64,000 nucleotides of DNA from Eledone cirrhosa (lineage: Eukaryota), in contig OZ024740.1 of NCBI GenBank assembly GCA_964016885.1, positions 27,218,001-27,282,000 of the forward strand, in the 5' to 3' direction. This document shows, piece by piece, positions 51,570 through 64,000 of the stretch; positions within the stretch are counted from its first letter, which is position 1, and each line of letters starts with the position of its first letter. The notes below the pieces were generated by a model. It did no database searches. It was given only the letters and a program-made list of their open reading frames with translations, and had not been told where the DNA came from. Made by a program: the position numbers and the translations under genes.

Positions 51570-54500
51570 ATACAACCACTACCACCAACACTGCCACATT
51601 ACCGCAACCCTGACCACAATATTACCACAACCACTACCACTACCACCAACACAACCACAATACTACAACCACTACCACCAACACTACCACATTACGACAA
51701 CCATTACCACCAACACTACAACATTACCACAACCACTGCCACCAACACTCCCTCAATACTACAACCACTACCACCAACACTACATAACCACAACCACTAC
51801 CACATTACCCCACCCACTACCACCAACACTACCACATTACCACAACCACTACCACCAACACTACTACATTACCACATCCACTACCACAAACACTACCACA
51901 ATACTACAACCACTACTACCAACAATACCACTTGCCACAAACACTACCACCAACACTACATTACCACAACCACTACAACCAACAGTACCACATTTCCACA
52001 ACCACTACCACCAATACTAACACATTACCACAAACACTACCACCACCACTAACACAATACTACAACCACTACCACCAACACTACATTATCCCAACGACTA
52101 CCACAAACACTACCACATTTCCACAACAACTACCACCAACACTACCACATTACCACAACCACTACCACCAACACTACCACATTACCACAACCAGTACCAC
52201 CAATACTACCACATTACCACAACCACTACCACAAACACTACCACATTTCCACAACAACTACCACCAACACTACCACATTACCACAACCACTACCACCAAC
52301 ACAACCACATTACCACAACCACTACCACCAACACTACATTACCACAGCCACTACTACCAACACTACCTCATTACCACAACCACTACCACCAACATTACCA
52401 CATTACCACAACCACTACCACCGACACTACCACATTACCGCAACCACTACCAGCAACACTACATTACCACAACCACTACCACCAACACTACTACATTACC
52501 ACAAGCACTACCACCAACACTACCACATTACCACATCCACTACCACCAACACTACATTACCACAAACACTACCACCAAACATACCACATTACCACAACCA
52601 CTACCACCAACAATACCTCATTACCACAACCACTACCACCAACACTACTACATTACCACAACCACTACCACCAACACTACCACAATACTACATCCGCTAT
52701 CACAAACACTACATTACATCAACCACTAACACCACCACTACCTCATTACGACAACCACTACCACGAACCCTACGACTTTACCACAACCACTACTATCAAC
52801 TCTACCTCATTACTACAACCACTACCATCAACACTACTATATTACCACAACCACAACCACTACCATCAACACTACTACAATACTACAAACACTAACACCA
52901 GCACAAGCACATTACTACAACCACTACCATCAACACTACCACAATACTACAACCACTACCACTACAACTACCACGTTACCACAACCAGTACAAGTAACAC
53001 TACATTACCATAACCACTAACACCAACATTACCAGATTACGATAACCACTACCACGAACGCTACAACCACAACCAATACCATCAACACTGCCACAATACT
53101 ACAAACACTACCACCAACACTATTACATTACCACAACCACTACCACCAACAATACCACATTACCACAACCACTACCACCAACACTACCGCATTACCACAA
53201 CCACCACCACCAAGACAATCACGTTACCACAACCACTACCACCAACACTGCCACATTATCACAACCACTACAACCAACACAACTACATTACCACAACCAC
53301 AACCACTACCACCAACACTATCTCATTACCACTACCACATTACCACAACCACTACCACCAACACTACAACATTAACACAGCCACTACCACCAACACTACC
53401 ACATTACCACAACCAATACAACCAACACTACCACAATACTACAACCGCTACCACTATCACTACATTACCACAACCACTAACACCAACACTACCTCATTAC
53501 CACAACCACTACCACCAACACTACTACATTACGACAACAACTACCACGAACGCTACCACATTACCACAACCACTGCCACCAACACTCCCTCAATACTACA
53601 ACCACTACTACCAACAATACCACATTGCCACAAACACTACCACCAACACTACATTACCACAACCACTACTACCAACACTACCACATTTCCACAAACACTA
53701 CCACCAACACTACCACATTACCACAACCACTACCGCCAACACTACCACATTACCACAACCAGTACCACCAACACTACCACATTACCACAACCACTACTAC
53801 CAACACTACCTCATTACCACAACCAGTACCACCAACATTACTACATTACCACAACCATAACCACCAACACTACCACAATACTACAACCACTACCACCAAC
53901 ACTACATTATCCCAACCACTACCACCAACACTACCACATTACCACAACCACTGCCACCAAGACTCCCTCAATACTACAACCACTACTACCAACAATACCA
54001 CATTGCTACAAACACTACCACCAAAACTACATTACCACAACCACTACAACCAACACTACCACATTTCCACAAACACTACCATCAACACTACCACATTACC
54101 ACAACCACTACCACCAACACTACTGCATTACCACAACCAGTACCACCAACACTACCACATTACCACAACCACAACTACCAACACTACCTCATTACCACAA
54201 CCAGTACCACCAACATTACCACATTACCACAACCACTACCACCAACACTACCACAATACTACAACAACTACCACCAACACTACATTATCCCAACCACTAC
54301 CACAAACACTACCACATTTCCACAACCACTACCACCAACACTCCCACAATACGACAACTACTACCACCAACACTACATTACCACAACCACTACCACCAAC
54401 ACTACATTAAAAAAACCACTACCACCAACACTACATTACCACAGCCACTACCACCAACACTACCACATTACCACAACCACTACAACCAACACTACCACAT

Positions 54501-57500
54501 TACCACAACCACTACCACCAACACAACCACATTACCACAACCACTACCACCATCACTACCACATTACCACAACCACTACCAACAACACTACCACAATACT
54601 ACAACCGCTACCACTAACACTACATTACATCAACCACTAACTCCAACACTACCATATCACGACAACCACTACCAAGAACGCTACCACATTACCACAACCA
54701 CTATTACCAATTCTACCCCGTTACTACAACCACTACCATCAACACTACTACATTACCACAACCACAACAACTACCACCAACACTACCACATTACCAGAAC
54801 CACTACCACATTACCACAACCACTACCACCAACACTACCACATTACCACAACACTACCACCAACACTACCACAATACCACAACCACTACCACCAACACTA
54901 CCACATTACCACAACCACTACAACCAGCACTACCACATTGCCACAACCCTACAACCAACTCTACCACATAACCACAACACTACCACCAACAATACCACAT
55001 TACCACAACATCTGCCACCAACACTACATTACCACAACCACTACCACCAACACTACTCCATTACCACAACCACTACCCCCAACGCTACCACAAACCACAA
55101 CCACTACCACCAACACTACAACAATACCACAACCACTACCACCAACACTACCACATTACCACAACCACTACCAACAACACTACCACAAGACTACAACCGC
55201 TACCACTAACACTACATTACATCAACCACTAACACCAACACTACCATATCACGACAACCACTACCACGAACGCTACCACATCACCACAACCACTACTACC
55301 AACTCTACCCCGTTCCGACAACCAATACCATCAACACTACTACATTACCACAACCACAACCACTACCACCAACACTACCACATTACCAGAACCACTACCA
55401 CATTACCACAACCACTACCACCAACACTACCACATTACCACAACACTACCACCAACACTACCACAATACCACAACCACTACCACCAACACTACCACATTA
55501 CCACAACCACTACAACCAGCACTACCATATTACCACAACCCTACCACCAACTCTACCACATAACCACAACACTACCACCAATACCACATTACCACAATAT
55601 CTGCCACCAACACTACATTACCACAACCACTACCACCAACACTACTACATTGCCACAACCACTACCACCAACACTACCACGTTACAACAACCTCTGCCAC
55701 CAACACTACATTACCACAGCCACTACCACCAACACTACTACATTACCACAACGACTACCACCAACACTACCACATTTCCATAACCACTACCACCAACACT
55801 ACATTACCACAACCACTACCACCAACACTACCACATTACCACGACCACTACCACCAACACTACATTACCACAACCACTACCACCAACACAACCACATTAC
55901 CACAACCACTACCACCAACACTACCACATTACCACAACCACCAACACTACCACATTACCACAACCACTACCACCAACACTAACACATTACCACAACCACT
56001 ACCGCCAACACTACCACATTACCACAACCACTACCACCAACACTACCACATTTCCAGAACCACTACCACCAACACTACCACATTACCAGAACCACTACCA
56101 CCAACACTACCACATTACCAGAACCACTACCACCAACACTACCACATTACCACAACCACTACCACCAACATTACCACATTACCACAACCACTACCACCAA
56201 CACTACCACATTACCACAACCACTACCACTACCACCAACACTACTACATTACCACAACCACTACAACCAACACTACCACATTACCAGAACCGCTACCACC
56301 AACACTACCACATTACCACAACCACTACCACCAACTCTTCCACATTACCACAACACTACCACCAACACTACCACGTTACCACAAACACTACCACCAACAC
56401 TACCACATTACCACAACTACTACCACCAACACTACCACGATACCACAACCACTACCACCAACACTACCACTTTACCACAACCACTACTACCAACACTACC
56501 ACATTACCACAACCACTACCACCAACAATACCACATTACCACAACATCTGCCACCAACACTACATTACCACAACCACTACCACCAACACTACTCCATTAC
56601 CACAACCACTACCCCCAACGCTACCACAAACCACAACCACTACCACCAACACTACAACAATACCACAACCACTACCACCAACACTACCACATTACCACAA
56701 CCACTACCAACAACACTACCACAAGACTACAACCGCTACCACTAACACTACATTACATCAACCACTAACACCAACACTACCATATCACGACAACCACTAC
56801 CACGAACGCTACCACATCACCACAACCACTACTACCAACTCTACCCCGTTCCGACAACCAATACCATCAACACTACTACATTACCACAACCACAACCACT
56901 ACCACCAACACTACCACATTACCAGAACCACTACCACATTACCACAACCACTACCACCAACACTACCACATTACCACAACACTACCACCAACACTACCAC
57001 AATACCACAACCACTACCACCAACACTACCACATTACCACAACCACTACAACCAGCACTACCACATTACCACAACCCTACCACCAACTCTACCACATAAC
57101 CACAACACTACCACCAATACCACATTACCACAATATCTGCCACCAACACTACATTACCACAACCACTACCACCAACACTACTACATTGCCACAACCACTA
57201 CCACCAACACTACCACGTTACAACAACCTCTGCCACCAACACTACATTACCACAGCCACTACCACCAACACTACTACATTACCACAACGACTACCACCAA
57301 CACTACCACATTTCCATAACCACTACCACCAACACTACATTACCACAACCACTACCACCAACACTACCACATTACCACGACCACTACCACCAACACTACA
57401 TTACCACAACCACTACCACCAACACAACCACATTACCACAACCACTACCACCAACACTACCACATTACCACAACCACCAACACTACCACATTACCACAAC

Positions 57501-60500
57501 CACTACCACCAACACTAACACATTACCACAACCACTACCGCCAACACTACCACATTACCACAACCACTACCACCAACACTACCACATTTCCAGAACCACT
57601 ACCACCAACACTACCACATTACCAGAACCACTACCACCAACACTACCACATTACCAGAACCACTACCACCAACACTACCACATTACCACAACCACTACCA
57701 CCAACATTACCACATTACCACAACCACTACCACCAACACTACCACATTACCACAACCACTACCACTACCACCAACACTACTACATTACCACAACCACTAC
57801 AACCAACACTACATTACCACAACCACTACCACCAACACTACCACATTACCAGAACGTCTACCACCAACACTACCATATTACCACAACCACTACCACCAAC
57901 ACTACCACATTACCAGAACCGCTACCACCAACACTACCACATTACCACAACCACTACCACCAACTCTTCCACATTACCACAACACTACCACCAACACTAC
58001 CACGTTACCACAAACACTACCACCAACACTACCACATTACCACAACTACTACCACCAACACTACCACGATACCACAACCACTACCACCAACACTACCACT
58101 TTACCACAACCACTACTACCAACACTACCACATTACCACAACCACTACCACCAACACTACCACGTTACCACAACCACTAGCCCCAACACTACCACATTAC
58201 CACAACCACTACCACCAACACTACCACATTACCACAACCACTACCACTAACACCACCACATTACCACAACCACTACCACCATCACTACCACATTAACACA
58301 ACCACTACCACCAACACTACCACGTTACCACAACCACTACCACCAACACTACCACATTACCACAACCACTACCAACAACACTACCACAATACTACAACCG
58401 CTACCACTAACACTACATTACATCAACCACTAACACCAACACTACCATATCACGACAACCACTACCACGAACGCTACCACATTACCACAACCACTACTAC
58501 CAACTCTACCCCGTTACTACAACCACTACCATCAACACTACTACATTACCACAACCACAACAACTACCACCAACACTACCACATTACCACAACCACTACC
58601 ACCAACACTACCACATTACCACAACACTACCACCAACACTACCACAATACCACAACCACTACCACCAACACTACCGCATTACCAGAACCACTACCACATT
58701 ACCACAACCACTACCACCAACACTACCACATTACCACAACACGACCACCAACTCTACCACATAACCACAACACTACCACCAACAACACCACATTACCACA
58801 ACATCTGCCACCAACACTACATTACCACAACCACTACCACCAACACTACTACATTGCTACAACCACTACCACCAACACTACCACGTTACAACAACCCTAC
58901 CACCAACACTACCACATTACCACAACCTCTGCCACCAACACTACATTACCACAGCCACTACCACCAACACTACTACATTACCACAACGACTACCACCAAC
59001 ACTACCACATTTCCATAACCACTACCACCAACACTACATTACCACAACCACTACCACCGACACTACCACATTACCGCAACCACTACCAGCAACACTACAT
59101 TACCACAACCACTACCACCAACACTACTACATTACCACAAGCACTACCACCAACACTACCACATTACCACATCCACTACCACCAACACTACATTACCACA
59201 AACACTACCACCAAACATACCACATTACCACAACCACTACCACCAACAATACCTCATTACCACAACCACTACCACCAACACTACTACATTACCACAACCA
59301 CTACCACCAACACTACCACAATACTACATCCGCTATCACAAACACTACATTACATCAACCACTAACACCACCACTACCTCATTACGACAACCACTACCAC
59401 GAACCCTACGACTTTACCACAACCACTACTATCAACTCTACCTCATTACTACAACCACTACCATCAACACTACTATATTACCACAACCACAACCACTACC
59501 ATCAACACTACTACAATACTACAAACACTAACACCAGCACTAGCACATTACTACAACCACTACCATCAACACTACCACAATACTACAACCACTACCACTA
59601 CAACTACCACGTTACCACAACCAGTACAAGTAACACTACATTACCATAACCACTAACACCAACATTACCAGATTACGATAACCACTACCACGAACGCTAC
59701 AACCACAACCAATACCATCAACACTGCCACAATACTACAAACACTACCACCAACACTATTACATTACCACAACCACTACCACCAACAATACCACATTACC
59801 ACAACCACTACCACCAACACTACCGCATTACCACAAACACCACCACCAAGACAATCACGTTACCACAACCACTACCACCAACACTGCCACATTATCACAA
59901 CCACTACAACCAACACAACTACATTACCACAACCACAACCACTACCACCAACACTATCTCATTACCACTACCACATTACCACAACCACTACCACCAACAC
60001 TACAACATTAACACAGCCACTACCACCAACACTACCACATTACCACAACCAATACAACCAACACTACCACAATACTACAACCGCTACCACTATCACTACA
60101 TTACCACAACCACTAACACCAACACTACCTCATTACCACAACCACTACCACCAACACTACTACATTACGACAACAACTACCACGAACGCTACCACATTAC
60201 CACAACCACTGCCACCAACACTCCCTCAATACTACAACCACTACTACCAACAATACCACATTGCCACAAACACTACCACCAACACTACATTACCACAACC
60301 ACTACTACCAACACTACCACATTTCCACAAACACTACCACCAACACTACCACATTACCACAACCACTACCGCCAACACTACCACATTACCACAACCAGTA
60401 CCACCAACACTACCACATTACCACAACCACTACTACCAACACTACCTCATTACCACAACCAGTACCACCAACATTACTACATTACCACAACCATAACCAC

Positions 60501-63500
60501 CAACACTACCACAATACTACAACCACTACCACCAACACTACATTATCCCAACCACTACCACCAACACTACCACATTACCACAACCACTGCCACCAAGACT
60601 CCCTCAATACTACAACCACTACTACCAACAATACCACATTGCTACAAACACTACCACCAAAACTACATTACCACAACCACTACAACCAACACTACCACAT
60701 TTCCACAAACACTACCATCAACACTACCACATTACCACAACCACTACCACCAACACTACTGCATTACCACAACCAGTACCACCAACACTACCACATTACC
60801 ACAACCACAACTACCAACACTACCTCATTACCACAACCAGTACCACCAACATTACCACATTACCACAACCACTACCACCAACACTACCACAATACTACAA
60901 CAACTACCACCAACACTACATTATCCCAACCACTACCACAAACACTACCACATTTCCACAACCACTACCACCAACACTCCCACAATACGACAACTACTAC
61001 CACCAACACTACATTACCACAACCACTACCAGCAACACTACATTAAAAAAACCACTACCACCAACACTACATTACCACAGCCACTACCACCAACACTACC
61101 ACATTACCACAACCACTACAACCAACACTACCACATTACCACAACCACTACCACCAACACAACCACATTACCACAACCACTACCACCATCACTACCACAT
61201 TACCACAACCACTACCAACAACACTACCACAATACTACAACCGCTACCACTAACACTACATTACATCAACCACTAACTCCAACACTACCATATCACGACA
61301 ACCACTACCAAGAACGCTACCACATTACCACAACCACTATTACCAATTCTACCCCGTTACTACAACCACTACCATCAACACTACTACATTACCACAACCA
61401 CAACAACTACCACCAACACTACCACATTACCAGAACCACTACCACATTACCACAACCACTACCACCAACACTACCACATTACCACAACACTACCACCAAC
61501 ACTACCACAATACCACAACCACTACCACCAACACTACCACATTACCACAACCACTACAACCAGCACTACCACATTGCCACAACCCTACAACCAACTCTAC
61601 CACATAACCACAACACTACCACCAACAATACCACATTACCACAACATCTGCCACCAACACTACATTACCACAACCACTACCACCAACACTACTCCATTAC
61701 CACAACCACTACCCCCAACGCTACCACAAACCACAACCACTACCACCAACACTACAACAATACCACAACCACTACCACCAACACTACCACATTACCACAA
61801 CCACTACCAACAACACTACCACAAGACTACAACCGCTACCACTAACACTACATTACATCAACCACTAACACCAACACTACCATATCACGACAACCACTAC
61901 CACGAACGCTACCACATCACCACAACCACTACTACCAACTCTACCCCGTTCCGACAACCAATACCATCAACACTACTACATTACCACAACCACAACCACT
62001 ACCACCAACACTACCACATTACCAGAACCACTACCACATTACCACAACCACTACCACCAACACTACCACATTACCACAACACTACCACCAACACTACCAC
62101 AATACCACAACCACTACCACCAACACTACCACATTACCACAACCACTACAACCAGCACTACCACATTACCACAACCCTACCACCAACTCTACCACATAAC
62201 CACAACACTACCACCAATACCACATTACCACAATATCTGCCACCAACACTACATTACCACAACCACTACCACCAACACTACTACATTGCCACAACCACTA
62301 CCACCAACACTACCACGTTACAACAACCTCTGCCACCAACACTACATTACCACAGCCACTACCACCAACACTACTACATTACCACAACGACTACCACCAA
62401 CACTACCACATTTCCATAACCACTACCACCAACACTACATTACCACAACCACTACCACCAACACTACCACATTACCACGACCACTACCACCAACACTACA
62501 TTACCACAACCACTACCACCAACACAACCACATTACCACAACCACTACCACCAACACTACCACATTACCACAACCACCAACACTACCACATTACCACAAC
62601 CACTACCACCAACACTAACACATTACCACAACCACTACCGCCAACACTACCACATTACCACAACCACTACCACCAACACTACCACATTTCCAGAACCACT
62701 ACCACCAACACTACCACATTACCAGAACCACTACCACCAACACTACCACATTACCAGAACCACTACCACCAACACTACCACATTACCACAACCACTACCA
62801 CCAACATTACCACATTACCACAACCACTACCACCAACACTACCACATTACCACAACCACTACCACTACCACCAACACTACTACATTACCACAACCACTAC
62901 AACCAACACTACCACATTACCAGAACCGCTACCACCAACACTACCACATTACCACAACCACTACCACCAACTCTTCCACATTACCACAACACTACCACCA
63001 ACACTACCACGTTACCACAAACACTACCACCAACACTACCACATTACCACAACTACTACCACCAACACTACCACGATACCACAACCACTACCACCAACAC
63101 TACCACTTTACCACAACAACTACTACCAACACTACCACATTACCACAACCACTACCACCAACAATACCACATTACCACAACATCTGCCACCAACACTACA
63201 TTACCACAACCACTACCACCAACACTACTCCATTACCACAACCACTACCCCCAACGCTACCACAAACCACAACCACTACCACCAACACTACAACAATACC
63301 ACAACCACTACCACCAACACTACCACATTACCACAACCACTACCAACAACACTACCACAAGACTACAACCGCTACCACTAACACTACATTACATCAACCA
63401 CTAACACCAACACTACCATATCACGACAACCACTACCACGAACGCTACCACATCACCACAACCACTACTACCAACTCTACCCCGTTCCGACAACCAATAC

Positions 63501-64000
63501 CATCAACACTACTACATTACCACAACCACAACCACTACCACCAACACTACCACATTACCAGAACCACTACCACATTACCACAACCACTACCACCAACACT
63601 ACCACATTACCACAACACTACCACCAACACTACCACAATACCACAACCACTACCACCAACACTACCACATTACCACAACCACTACAACCAGCACTACCAC
63701 ATTACCACAACCCTACCACCAACTCTACCACATAACCACAACACTACCACCAATACCACATTACCACAATATCTGCCACCAACACTACATTACCACAACC
63801 ACTACCACCAACACTACTACATTGCCACAACCACTACCACCAACACTACCACGTTACAACAACCTCTGCCACCAACACTACATTACCACAGCCACTACCA
63901 CCAACACTACTACATTACCACAACGACTACCACCAACACTACCACATTTCCATAACCACTACCACCAACACTACATTACCACAACCACTACCACCAACAC
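51570..64000. repeat. ~32-bp satellite (ACCACATTACCACAACCACTACCACCAACACT) with 1,536-bp and 6,636-bp higher-order duplications; runs off the window
   Basis: Matching landmarks at 52421/59057, 53625/60261, 54938/61574 and 55650/62286 (offset 6636), and at 55650/57186 and 62286/63822 (offset 1536). Confidence 0.93.

Overview
This is eukaryotic, very repeat-rich DNA, probably from a cephalopod such as Octopus (inferred from the SINE families and the dense (TA)n/(TG)n arrays). No host gene can be supported, and most ORFs in the track are simple-repeat artefacts. (1) 1-27 kb holds Penelope-like retroelement (PLE) fragments from several families sitting in (TA)n arrays. One is a Naiad-like RT/GIY-YIG element with an inverted pseudo-LTR, which itself carries a nested 5'-inverted RTE LINE. 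I count about a dozen type I hammerhead ribozyme (HHR) motifs in this zone. Several have non-canonical cores, and several lie in near-perfect fold-back palindromes. (2) 28.7-40.7 kb holds two full-length Tx1-clade LINEs in tandem in an (ATT)n array. Their ORF2s are nearly identical, but their 5'UTR/ORF1 modules are very divergent. Both have an intron-like GT..AG segment across the ORF1 stop and ORF2 start whose removal would fuse the ORFs in frame. (3) tRNA-derived SINEs and a Helitron-like non-autonomous element are scattered through the window. (4) 45-64 kb is a strand-biased, C-rich satellite zone ending in a 32-bp satellite with 1,536-bp and 6,636-bp higher-order duplications. All alignments and folds were done by eye.
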